Source: Vicugna vicugna
Lineage: Eukaryota
Direction of reading: 5' to 3'
DNA: 60,000 bases
Assembly (NCBI GenBank): GCA_013265495.1
Contig: MU057809.1
Span: 746,001 to 806,000, forward strand
Part shown: positions 35,186 to 47,632 of the stretch, piece after piece
Layout: each line of letters starts with the position of its first letter
How positions within the stretch are numbered: the first letter of the stretch is position 1
Notes under the pieces: generated by a model
Seen by the model: only the letters and a program-made list of their open reading frames with translations
Database searches by the model: none
Told to the model about the DNA's origin: nothing
Program-made: the position numbers and the translations under genes

Positions 35186-36184
35186 TTTTTAAAATTTATT
35201 TACTTATTTGCAGTGTCATAGTTTTTAACTGCAGTAGAGTTGAGGTACAATATTGCATGTCACACGCACACAATATCGCGAGTCCCAGTTTTTAAGGCTA
35301 CACGTACTCCACCTACAGTCGCTACGCAGCACTGGCTCCTCCCCACGTCGCACGCGCAGCCTTGCGCTCACTTCACACCTGACGGTGCGCGCCGCCTCCG
35401 CCTCCCGCTCCGTCCTGCCCACTGGGCACCTCTCGCTCCTTCTCTGCATCGGTGAGTCTGCTTCTTTTCTGTTACGCTCACTAGTTTGTCGTATTTTTTA
35501 GATTCCACATGTAAGTGACGCCTTACAGTATCTGTCTTTCTCTGTCTGACTTATTTCACTCAGCGTGATGCCCTCCGAGTCCGTCCATGCTGTACGCCAG
35601 AAACTAACACAACATTTTAAATCAACTGTACTTCAATTAAAAAAGCAAACAAACAAACAACCCATTTAACATACGGGTAGAAGAACTGAACAGACATTTT
35701 TCCCAAAGAGGAAACGCAGATGGCCAACAGGAACATGAAAACCTGCTCAACACCACTCATACCAGGGAGATGCAGATCAAAACCACAATGAGACACCATC
35801 TCGCACCTGTCGGAGTGGCCGTCACCAAAAAGCACGCAAATAACAAATGCCGGCAAGGAGGTGGGGAAAAGGGAGCCCCGGGACGCTGCTGATGGGAATG
35901 CAAACTGGTGCGGCCACCGTGGAAAACAACATGGAGGTTTCTCAAAGCCCTAAAAATAGAACTACCACATGGCCCAGCAATTCCATTCCTGGGCATATAC
36001 CCAAGAAACAAAAACATTAATTCAAAGAGAGACATGCACCCTGCTATCAGCAGCAACATTATTTATAATTGCCAAGATACGGCAGCATCCTAAGTGCACA
36101 TCAGTAAACGAGTGGAAGAAGAAGGCGCGGCATGAACATGCAGTGGAACACAGCTCATCCGCAAAAAAGAAGAGTTTGCCACTG
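35186..36184 (-). mobile_element. 5'-truncated, 5'-inverted L1 (twin-priming structure)
   Basis: Antisense L1 3' end at 35186-35592 ends at gtccgtccatgctg. The sense ORF2-end segment at about 35645-36184 ends at tttgccactg. The two breakpoints are adjacent in L1 (ttgccatttgcaacaacatggatggac). Confidence 0.8.
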
Positions 36185-37380
36185 AGGCCCTTCATTCCCC
36201 TTTTCTGAACGTGGCTGGTTCCTGTATGTTGGTCTCGTTCGCCGCAACCCTGATGAGCCCACTTGTAATAGCGTCTCCTTCTGTGCCTGATGACTTTTTC
36301 CCTGAAGTGTGTTTTATCTGGTATTGATACATCCACGTCTGATTTTCCAAAATTAATGGCTGCATGGTTCCCTTTCATCGTCCTTTTATGCTCAAGCTGC
36401 CCACGCAGTGTATCTGCGGTGAGCGTCCTTCAGCAGCTTACCGTTGGGCGATTTTTTTCTCCGTCTTTTAATTGATGCATTTAGACCGTTTCCACTTGTG
36501 GTGATTACTGATGTGTTAGGCTGACATTTTACTGTTTGTCTTCTTTTTGTTCCCTCTGTCTCCCTGTTCCTAGCCTTCATGTAGGTTATTTGAACACTTT
36601 AAAGAATTCCATTTACTCACTCTCTGATGCTTGAGTGTCTCTCACTGCCGAGCATTCTCAGCAACAGCTGCCTCTGGACATGACAGTACCCGTTCAAGCT
36701 CAGCACGGCCTCCTGGTGTCCACATGCCGTCACTTCGAGCGGCGTGCAGAAAACGTGCTTCCATCAGGTCCTTGACTGCCCCATCCTTTCAGAATGTAAC
36801 TGTCCTAATGCGTGTCTCCTCCACGCGCACTGAACACTGTGTCAAATCGGGGCTACACTTTTTGCATCAAGCATCAAATGTAGTTTTTCAAACCCACGCG
36901 GCGGAGGCCGGTCTGCGCCACACAGCGCCTCTGGCTTCCCCTCCCCGTCGCCCTTCCCTCCTTCCTTGCGCTGCACGCCCTCTTCTGCCAATTCTTTTTT
37001 CTGCCTGGAGCACTTCTTTTAGGTAATTATTTAAAAATCCGCTGGTAACAAATTCTCCCAGTTTTCCTTCACCTGAGACTATCTTTATTTCCTCTAAATT
37101 CCTGAAGGTTACTTTTGCTGGACACAGAATTCACGGGGGACAACTACTCTACGTCACCATTTGAAAGCCCCGCCTTCTGGCATCCAGGGTCTCAGAGCAG
37201 GAATCTGACGCTGTTCAGCGTGTTGCTTTTCAAGGTTTTGTGTGTGTCTAGTTTTTGGAAGTTTAATTATGACATAGCTCAGGAAGGATTCTTTTTCTAT
37301 TTTGGAGTTTGCTCAGCATCTTATAAGTTTAGGCCTTTCACCAAATTTGGAACGCTTTTAGACATTCAAACATTTTTTTT

Positions 37381-40300
37381 CAAGCCACTGAAAATGAAGA
37401 AGTATCCTTGTTCAATCACAAACCTTTGGGAGGCAACCGAGAGCCAGGGCAGGCTGAACAGCAAAAGCAACCTCCCACACAAGGCCACTCCTTCAAGACC
37501 AGAGACGTGGCTGTTTGACCTAATGCACTGAAGCCAACACACAGAGTCAAGTAAAATGAAGAAACAGAAAAATATATTCCAAATGAAAGACTATAAAAAC
37601 CTCAAAAAAAGACCTTAATGAAACAGAGATAAGTGATTGACCTAAAAAGAGTTCAAGGTAAGTCATAAAGATGCTCTCATGCTCCCCAGGCTCAGAAGAG
37701 TGGTGAACATGGTGAGGATGTCAACACAGAGACAGTAAATAAAAGAAAGCAGCGGACAGGAGCCACAGAACCAAAGGTCGCAACCGAGCCGCCAAGCGCG
37801 GCAGAGGCGGCCAGCACGCAGGCCAGAGGACGCCGAGGGAAGGCTCGGTGAGCCTGAAGACACAGCAGGGACACGCACCCAACCAGAGCAGCAAAAACAC
37901 AAAGAAGAAAGAGAGTGAAGACAGTTCACAAACAGACCCACATCCAGTTCTGGGGGCTGAAGGAGGAGAAGGCAGAGGAAGGGGCAGGACGCACGCTGGA
38001 AGGCATGCTGGCTGTGCACCTCCTAACCTGGGGAAAGGAAGAGCCATCCAGATCCAGGAATCCCAACAAGCTCCAAACAAGATAAAGCTAAAGAGACCTA
38101 CACCAAAAATACATTATGCTTAAAATGTCCAAACTAAAGACAAGGAGAGAATCTTAAAAACATTATGAGGAAAATAGCTTGCTACCCTGATGGCCACGAC
38201 ACTACCAGCAGATTTCTCGGCAGAAACTTTACAGGCAGAGGCAGTGGCGTGATGTATTCAGAGTGCTGAAAGAACACTCCACCTGGAAAAGCTGCCATTC
38301 AGGACTGCAGGAGGGAGAGAGAGTTCCGGGTAAGAGGAAGCGGAAGGAGGGCCCCACTATTAGACCAGCCCCACGCAAAATGTTAAGCCAATGCCTCTGA
38401 GCTGGAACAAAAGGTCAATAATTAGTAACAGGAAAACACTTGAGAGCCTAAAGCTCACTGGTAAAGTCAATATGCAGTGAAACTCATAATAATCTAATGT
38501 TGTAAAGACAGTGGGTTAATCACTTCTACAGCTAGTATGAAGGTTAACATACAGAAGCAGCAAAAATAACTCTCACTACAGTAATCTGTTAAGGGACACG
38601 AGATAAAAAGATACAAATTATGACACCAAAAACATAAAGCATGGTGTTGGGTGGGGGAGTGAATGCATTCAAAAGCTCTACATTTGCAAACTTAAATTGT
38701 TATCAACTTAAAATAGACTGTTATAAATATAAGTTGTTTTATGTAAGCCTCATGGTAACTACAAAGTAAAAACCTAAAGTGAATACACAAGAGATAAAAG
38801 CAAAGAAATCTAAGCACAAGACTACAGAGAATCAAATCGTGAAAGAGAGCCAGCGGAGAAGGAACAGGAACTGTAAACCCGCCAGAACGCAATTAACAAA
38901 AAGGTAAGTCATCACTTTAAACATAAACAGACCAGTTAGAAGACAGAGTGGTTGACAGGACAGAAGAAGGCGGCACATCTACGTGCTGCCCGCAGGACAC
39001 TCACTTCTGCTGTCAGTGACACACAGACTGAAAGGGAAGGGATGGAGACGGATACTCCATGCAGATGGAAACCAAAGGAAATGCAAGAACGCTTACTGAC
39101 ATTAGAGAAAGTACACGTTCAGACAAAGACTGTATAAGAGAGGCAAAAAGGTCGTTACGTGATGATAAAGGGGTCACCTTAACAAGAGAATTTAAAATTT
39201 ATACATATTTATGCACCCAACATAGGAGCACCTAAACATAAAAAGCAAATGTTAACAAACCTATAGGGAGAAACAGACAAAGAAACTAGAACAGTACAGA
39301 ACGTTAGCAATTCACTTTCACCCACGGACAGGTCATCCAGACGCTCAGTAAGGAAGTACTGGACTCAGTGATACATTAGACCAGATGGACTTAACAGACA
39401 AATGCAGGAGATTCCAGCCAAAAGCAACAGAATATACATTCTTCCCTAGTACACGTGGAACATTCTCCTGGATAGAGCATTGATTAGGCCACAAAATAAG
39501 TCTTAATAAATTTAAGACAGTAAACAGAAATTTCAAACATCTTTTCCTACCACGATATGAAACTAGAAATCAATTACAAGAAGAAAACTGGAAAATAACA
39601 AATACGTGGAGATTAAACAACATGCTACTGAAAAACCAGTGGGTTGAAGAAGAAATCAGAAGAAAAGTGTTAAATACCTTGAGACAACGAAAACAGAGGC
39701 ACAACATACAAAATTCATGGGGTACAGCCACAGCAGTTCTAAGAAGGACGTTCACGGCAACAAACGCTCACATCAAGAAGTAAGAAAAATCTCAAACTAC
39801 CTTTACACCTCAAGAAACTAGAAAAAAAAGAACAAAGCCCAAAGCTGGTAGAAGGAAGGAAACAACAGAAGCCAGAGGAAGAAACAAGCGAAACAGAGAC
39901 TAAAAGGCAACAGAAAAGATCAATGAAACTAAGAGCTGGTTTCTTAGGATGAATTGGCAAACCTTCAGCTAGGCTCACCAAGGAAAACAAGAGGACTCAA
40001 ATTAAATCAGAAACGAAAAGGATGTTGCAACCAACATCACAGAAATGCAAAGGATCATAAAAGACTACCATGAACAAGCATATGGCAACAAGTTGGATAA
40101 CCTAAAAGAAACGGTAAATTCCTACAAACATAGAACCTCTCAAGGCTGAATTGGAAACAGAAGACCTGAACAGACTAAGTCATACTAAAGAGACTGAGTC
40201 AGGAATCAAAAGCCCCCCAACAAACAGAAGTCCAGTGGCAGGTGACTGCACTGGCGAATGTCATCAAACGTTCAAACAAGACTTAATTTCCATCCTTCTC

Positions 40301-41658
40301 AACACTTTCAAAAATTTGAAGAGGGGGGAATACTTCCAAACTCATTTTACAAGGCCAGCATTACCCTGATACCAAAACCAAAGATGCCACAAGGAAATTA
40401 CAAGATAATATTCCTGATGAAATAGATGCAAACATCCTCAACAAGATATTAGTAAACTGAATCCAACAATGCAGTAAAAGGATTATACACCACGATCAAG
40501 TGCGACCTATTCCAGGGGTGCAAGGATGGCTCAACATCTTCAAATCAATCCATGTGCTACACACACCACACTAACAAACTGAAGAATAAAGGTCATACGA
40601 TCATCTCAACAGATGCAGAAAACACATTAGACAAAATTCAACATCTATTTATGATCAAAACTCTCAACAAAGTGGGTATAGAGGGAACATACAAAACATA
40701 ATAAAGGCCTCATATGACAAGCCCACAGCGAACATCATACTCCATGATGAAAAGCTGAAAGCTTTTCCTCCAAGGTCAGGAACAAGACAAGGATGCCAAC
40801 TCTTGCTACTTTCATTCAACATAGCATTACAAGTTCTAGCCAGAGCAATTAGGCAAGAAAAAGAAAAAAAGCATACAAATTGGAGAGGAAGAAGTAAAAC
40901 TGTCACCTTTTGCAGATGACATGTTCCTGTATGTACAAAACCCTACAGACGCCACCCAAAACGGTGAGAGCCAGTATATGAGTTCAATAAAGTTGCAGGA
41001 TGTAGAAATCAAAATACAAAACTCTGTTGTGTTTTGACACACTAATAATGGAAAATAATCCCATTTACAATTGCATAAAAAGGAATAGAAATAGCTCGGA
41101 ATAATTTAACTAACGAAGTGAAAGACCTGTGTACTGAAAGCTGTAAGACCTTGACGAAAGAAACTGAAGAAGACAAACAGATGGGGAGAGATTCCATGCT
41201 CATGGGTCGGAAGAACTAGTATTGTTATAAGGTCCACTACCCAAAGTCATCTACAGGTTCAATGCAACCCCTATCAAAATTTCAATTTTATTTTTTATAG
41301 AAATAGAACAAACAATTCTAAAACTTGTATGGAGTCACAAAAGACACCAAATAGCCAAAGCAACCTTGAGAAAGAAGAGCAAAGCTGGAGGCATCATATA
41401 CCCTGATTTCAAATTATATTATAAAGCTACAGTAATCAGAACATTATGGTATGGCATAAAAACAGATACACAGATCAAAGGAACAGAACAGAGAGCCCAG
41501 AAATAAATTTATGGTCAATTTATGGCAAAGGAGCCAAGAATATACAGTGGGGAAAGGATGGACTCTTCAATAAAATAGTGTTGGGAAAACTATTTGGACA
41601 ACATCATGCAAAAAAGAGAGAAAGAGAGAAAGAGAGAAAGAGAGAAAGAGAGAGAGAG

Positions 41659-41700
<42 letters not shown>

Positions 41701-42893
41701 GGATGAAACTGAACCACTACCTTACGCCATACACAAAAACTAACTCAAAATGGATTAAAGACTTGCGTGTAAGACCTGAAGCTATAAACCTCCTGGAAGA
41801 AACATAGGTGCTAAGTTCCTTGACATAGGTCTTGGTGATGATTTTTCAGATTTGACACCAAAAGCAAAGTCAACAAGAGCAAAAATAAGTAAGTGGGATG
41901 ACATCAAACTAAAAAGCTGCTGCAAAGCTGAAGAAAATATCAACAAACTGAAAAGGCAACCTACCAAGTGGGAGAAAATACTGCAAATCATGTATCTGAT
42001 AAAGGGTTAACACTCCAAATATATAAAGAACTCACACAGCTCAATAGCAAAAAAAAAAAAATCTTATTTAAAAATGGGGCAGGGATCATTAAAGTCCACA
42101 AATGATAAATGCTATGGAGAGTGTGTGGAGAAAAGGGAACCCTCCTACATTGTTGGTGGGAATGTAAATTGGTGCAGCCACTATGGAAAACAGTATGCAG
42201 TTTCCTCAAAAAAATGAAAATAGAACGACCATATGATCCAGCAATCCCACTTCTTGACATATATTCAAAGAAAATGAAAACACAAACTCAAAAAGATTTG
42301 CTTCCCCCCCCCCGTGTTCATTGCAGCATTATTTACAGTAGTCAGGACACAGAAGCAACCTAATGACTGGATAAAGCAAGCATGGTATGTATACACACGC
42401 TGGAATATTACTCAGCTGTTAAAAAGAAGGAAATCTTGCCATTTGCAACCCCATGGTTGGACTTTGAGAGTATTACGCTAAGTGAAATAAGTCAGACAGA
42501 GAAAGACAGGCATGATCTCACTTATATGTAGAATCTGAAAAATAAAATCACACTCATAGATACAGAGAACAGACTGGGGGAGGCTGGTGGGGGCTGAGGA
42601 AAAGGGTGGAGGTGGTCAAAAAGTAAAACCTTCCAGTTATGAAATAAGTCCTGGGAATGTTATGAACGGCATGGTGACTACAGTTAATAACGCTGCACTG
42701 CATATTTGAAAGTTGCGAAGAGAATCATCCTCAAAGTCCTCATCAAAAGAAAAAGAACTTGTAACTATGTGGTGACAGATGTTTACTAGACTTACCGTGG
42801 TGCTCATTTTGCTGTGTGTAAACATTGGATCATTATGTTGGACACCTGAATTTAATACAGTGCCAATTACATCACAATTAAAAAAAAACAAAG
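37381..42893 (+). mobile_element. about 5.5-kb L1 (L1MA-like), ORF1 + ORF2 + 3' UTR, inactive
   Basis: ORF1-like start atgaagaaacagaaaaatatattccaaatg (~37556). RT motifs GTRQGC (40779-40796) and FADDM (40909-40923). C-terminal LLHCWWECKLVQPLWKTV (ORF 42109-42363). A-tail at about 42880. No long ORF survives. Confidence 0.92.
41610..41700 (+). repeat. (GA)n/(GAAA)n microsatellite within L1
   Basis: aagagagaaagagagaaagagagaaag ... (aaag)n. Confidence 0.95.
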
Positions 42894-44199
42894 AAAAATA
42901 TTTTTTCCCTGCTGACACAAATATTTGAACTTTTGTTATTTTCCCACAGTTTCCTAAGGGTCTGTCTGTTTCCAGTCTGCCTTCTCTCTGTCGTCCAGAT
43001 CTGGGAACTTCACAACGCGTCTGTGAGTTCACCGATTCCTTCCTCTGTTGTCCCCAACCAACGATTCAGCCTTTCCAGGGAACTTCTGGTTTTTGTCCTT
43101 GCGTTTTTCAGTTCTATACTTTCCCCTTGAGTCTTTCCTCGCTGAGCCCTGCTTTTTTGTCTGCTTCAAGAGTACACGTTCATCACGGTTTGTGGAGGCA
43201 GGCTTTGCGGGCTGCTCTGAAATGTCTGCCAGGAGGTGCGGCGTCTGAGCCACCGTGGTGCTGGTGTGTGCTGGTTGCTTCTTTCTCATCAAGTTGTGAT
43301 CATTCTGGCTCTTGGGATGACAAGTGATTTTTTTTATTGTATGTATATCATTTTTGATTTTTGAAAGTTTCTTTTTAGCATACAAAGAGCAGTGATGTTC
43401 AGAACCCTTAATGACTGGAAGAGCATGGAACTGGCCAACCAAAAACACGACGGCCCACTCAGACACATGGATGCTGACTGCAAGCCACCAGGCTGCCCGT
43501 GGCAGCAGGTAAAACCTGACTAGCCACAGTGGAAAAGCTTCCTTCTGAACTCTCTAAAAACATTAACTGTAATTTTAATTTGAAATGGGCTCCTTCGATG
43601 CTTGCATTGGTTTCTGCCGTTAGATAATTCCTCGGATGGCTGGGGGGTCCTGGCTCTCTGTTTATACTTAAGAGTGATGCCTGCACCAGGAAGGGTGAAC
43701 TGACATCAATAAAAAGAGTGAAAAGAAGTGGCGCCTTGACAAACTCGCTGGGATCTTTGTGCCCAGGCAGGGCGTGCCAATCTGGGGGCCATGCAGGATG
43801 ACCCGGCAGGACGCTTTTGTTGCGAGACACCAGCTACCAGCACACAGATCTTTCATCTTGGGCCAGTTTCTCCAAAACGTGCCCCTCCCATCTCCTGAGT
43901 GCTCACACCCAGGAAGAAACGCGCCAGGAGTCTGCCTGCTCCTTAGGAGCGCCTTCACTTAATCTCTGTTTTCAATGAAGTGTCCTTCTCTGCAGCCGTG
44001 CCTGGCGTCCCTAAGGCCAGGTCTCTGTGGTTCCTCCTCTCCCGGGACTGAATTTCTAAACGTGAGGGACAGTCTCTTGGTCGCTTTGCTTCTTTGTCTG
44101 ACAATCAGTGAGCCCTGCTCATCTTTAGCCCCGGGATGTGCACCGTGAGCAACGAATTCTCTTCTCTCCCAGGTGTCTAGAACGTACCAGCTGTGAACC

Positions 44200-46930
44200 A
44201 TTCTTGAGGAACGTGAGAAACAGACACTCGGAAGGCATTTTCTGTAGGACGTCATTCCACCCTGCAACTTGAGTTGCGAAAGGCTGATGGAGCTTGTCCT
44301 GTCTGGAGGCAAGGGCCTGGCTTTGGCACCCGGAGTCTGTCGGGCACTGGTCACCAGCTGCCCCGGGGGAGGGGGCACAATCCCCGAGCCCCACCACGAG
44401 GGGCGGTGCAGATCAGACGCCCGCCGGGCTTTCCCTCCGAAAAGGCGGCAGGTGTAGGTGTGGGCGCTGGCGGCGGCCTGGCTGCAGCTGGAGTCAGGCG
44501 GGTGGGGAGGAAGTGCCCGCAGCATCGGGGCGGGGCCGGCGGCGTCTGGCGTGGATCGCCCCTTGTCCCATCCCCTGCACTGACCTCTCACATTAGATCT
44601 GTCTCCTCCCTCACAGCTTCTCCTGGACTTGGGCGGGCAGTAACTGCTGCAACACTTACTTGGGGGGGGGCGCAGCGGTTCGCGAGCCCACAATGACACT
44701 CACCATCTCCTCCATCCCCGCCTCAACCTGTCCTGGACCCCCAGAGCCTCAACCAGCACGTAAGCCGGTCCACATGGCTCCCCCAGGGGGTGACTCAGAC
44801 CCTCAGCCCTGAGCGGGCTGGGCCTCTGGTTACAATACGTTTTCGGGCCACCACTGCTTAAAATTCTCATTACGTTAAAGCTGGACGGGGTAATAATGAC
44901 CCATCAGTGCCCACTGGAGGGAAGTTTTGAGAGCGTAACCCCTCAGTGCCCCACGGTTAGACGCCCAGTCTGCCCCGGGAAGAGTGGGCCGCCCAGACCT
45001 GCGGCCTGCGCCGGGGTGCGGCTCCCTGCAGACAGCGTGGCCTCGCTCCGGGGCTCAGCTCCTGGTCTCTCCGTGACTCCGCGTTGCAGGTGGCCTGGTG
45101 CTCATTCGTAGATCATGTCCACCTACCACGGACGCCTTGAGCACACGGGATCTGCCGGGTCCAATGGCCCAAGTCGCCAGACCCCTTGCACCACTGCCCA
45201 GAGCTATTTCAGGGTCCCCACGTGAAGCCCCACTTAAAACAGGCAGCTTTCCATGTCACTTGTCAGAACAGTGTCCCCGTGCAGAACAGGCCGCCTCTCC
45301 AAGCAGTGAAGCCCGTGCCGCTTTCCTCGTGGTGGAAGGTTCCAGAGGCAATCACCTTATCCAGCAGGGCGCATCCCGCATGCCCTGACCACTGGGCCTC
45401 CTCCTCCAGTGCGACCTGGTAGACCCCTCCACTTTCTGGAACACATGTCTGCCCACAGCTCTCAGCCTGTCTGCTACCTCTTGTTTCTCAAGTCCAACTA
45501 GCGAGATGCTCTGTGGAACGTCCAGGACCCGCACGTCCCTTCCAGCTGTGCTGGGTCAGACAGCAGGAAAGTCTAGTGTCGTCCACCCAGTGGACCAGAA
45601 CCGCTCTGAGTCCTCCCTGCAGAAGGGCACTTAGAAGGACGTACTGACCACGTGAGAGCCGCGAGCTGTGGCCCAGAGGCTGCATCTGTCCATTCTCGTG
45701 ATCACGGCAGACACTTCAGAGCAGCTGCCACTGGGGTTTCTGCTTGACTGAGTCTGCAGTGGCCACAGTCGTCCACCGCGGCCCGTCTGGTCCTGCAGAG
45801 CCAGGCGAGCACAGGAAATGGGACGCCACGGGAATACGCAGCTGCACCCTTTGAGTCTGAGGGCAGTCAGGATTTCCTCCACCCCACCCGGGATGTGATG
45901 TCCTTTTTGACTGTCTTGGCCAAGGGACCCGGCTTCACAGGCCTCCACTGGCCTTTCTTCCTCCGATAACTCATTCCACAGGCCAAGGTCCCAGTCTGCA
46001 TGCTCATCCAGCCTGTCCCAGTGACACACTCAGAAACCTGGAAATGGCCCCCTGGACCAGAGTGATGGGCTGAATTTTGCCCCCCCAGCTGCCATGTGGC
46101 AGCCCTGACCCCCAAGACCTCAGGAGGTGACTGTATTTGGAAACGGAGCCTTTAAGGAGGGAACTGAGGTAAAATCAGGTCATTAGGACGGGCGCCAATT
46201 CAGTATGACTGGTGTCCTTGTAAGAAGAGATTAGGACACAGAGGGAAAAGCTCGTCCAGACGCAGGGAGGAGACGGCGGCTACACGGCGAGGAGGGGCCC
46301 TGCGAGAAACCAGCCAGCCGCCGACGCCTCGGCCGTGGGTCCCAGCTTCCAGATTTGGGAGGAGACACGTTTCTGCTGCCGAAGCCGCCCGGCTGTGCTG
46401 TCTGCAGGGCAGCCCAGCGGACGGGGGCGGCCAGGACTCCGCCTGCGCCCAGCCCTTGGGTCCCGGGGGACCAGCGTCTTGAAGGATCCGTATCTTCCCC
46501 AGAGGACTGCTACCTGGGTAAACGGCATGGGTCCTGTGGGACAGGCTGTGGTGTCCCAGGGCCCTCTCCTCTCGACCTGGCGGGTTCTGGGTCTGACAGT
46601 GGCTCAGGGTGGGACCTGGCCAAGCAACCTGACTTCCCCATCCTCTCGCCTTGCACTGAAGTCCACCACGACTGGCCCTCCGGCTTCTGCCCACAGACCT
46701 GATCCTTACAGGGGCCCCTGCACCTCCCAGCCCCCAGTGATACCCCCAATCTCCTCCACGTGCACCCCAGGCCACCCCGCAGACCGAAGCCTGGGTAGCC
46801 GCATGGCAACAGCATCCTGGAGACGCACGCTCCACCCGTGACCAGGGAGGGGTCCCTTTGTCATCTGCCTGGTGGGTGACCCAGTGCCGGCACCTCCCCC
46901 TTCACCACTGCAGGGCCACCTCCAGTGCTA
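44200..46930 (-). mobile_element. ERVL (class III) internal gag-pro-pol fossil, interrupted by an MLT1 LTR
   Basis: Minus-strand peptides match recalled ERVL Pol: PFTQVAVLWG (46496-46525; cf. PFTRVTVHWG), HHIPGGVEEI (45871-45900; cf. YRIPGGIAEI), HCRLSQAETPVAAAL (45717-45761; cf. YRKLNQVVTPIAAAV), QVTWKAACFKWG (45227-45262; cf. QVTRKAASFEWG), GPLDPADP, TGRLTVGH and GWNDVLQK. Many frameshifts and deletions. Confidence 0.8.
46062..46425 (+). mobile_element. MLT1A/B-type MaLR solo LTR
   Basis: tgatgggctgaattttgccccccc ... gtgactgtatttggaaacggagcctttaaggagg ... tatgactggtgtccttgtaagaagagattaggacacaga ... gcagcccagcggac. Confidence 0.85.
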
Positions 46931-47409
46931 ACGGCTTCAGGTTGGGTCTCTAGAAGCAGAGCCTGAAGCAGGACCTCTCAGCACGTCATAAAGGGGTGTC
47001 CCCGGAGGGACCTGAGGGTGGCAGGGGAGGGGAGGGGAGGCGGTTCCACCAGGGTGTGGCTTCACCAGGACCGCAGCCTCTGCCTGATGCCACGGGAGCT
47101 CCGAAGCATGGATGGTATCGCAGGGTCTGTCCTGCCCTGTGACAAGGGAGCAGGGAGTTTGAACTCTGCTTTGAACCGTCAGGAGCTGGCCGGCCACGAG
47201 CCACAGCGTCCAAGGCCCCAGGGGCCATCCGCCGGACGAGGCTGCAGGTGAGAGGTTTAGTGTCATTACCCGCAGCAGCTCTGGGGCGGCACACAGACAG
47301 GTGGCCAGCAAGGCCCCGGGGGGCCGGGGGGGGCCCCTACGGCAGCTGCCCCCCCCCAAAAGTGGCTCCAGTTTTCATGACCATGTGATCGGTGTGACTT
47401 GAAGATGTT

Positions 47410-47632
47410 CTGAATGCTTCTTTGGCGAATTATACCCATCTTTATTTCTTTATGAGATTCTACTGTTTTTGCAAGAATATATTCGTCTTTTTAGCAAAAT
47501 ATACCCATCTTTTCCTCTTTATAAGATCCTATTCTTTTTATAACTCCGTTCTCTTTACAAGAATATATCCATCATGTTAACAGAATATATCCATCTTTTC
47601 CTCTTTATAAGATTTCGTTTTTCACAAGAATG
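47410..47632. repeat. degenerate AT-rich tandem repeat (about 3 units of 65-86 bp)
   Basis: tata(c/t)ccatcttt..(c/t)ctttat(a/g)agat recurs at 47431, 47500 and 47586. aagaat recurs at 47473, 47559 and 47626. Confidence 0.8.

Larger units (their letters stand above)
33085..43370 (-). mobile_element. old L1M (L1MC/MD-like) element split by three younger insertions; pieces about 33085-34970, 35126-35185, 36200-37380, 42894-43370
   Basis: Antisense L1 3' UTR and ORF2 end (cattcacccactgaaggccatctgggcggctttcag; cagagcgactgcaccatttacactcccaccagca; tcagatatgtggtttgcaagcattttctccca), then endonuclease-region and ORF1 text resuming after each insertion. Confidence 0.75.
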
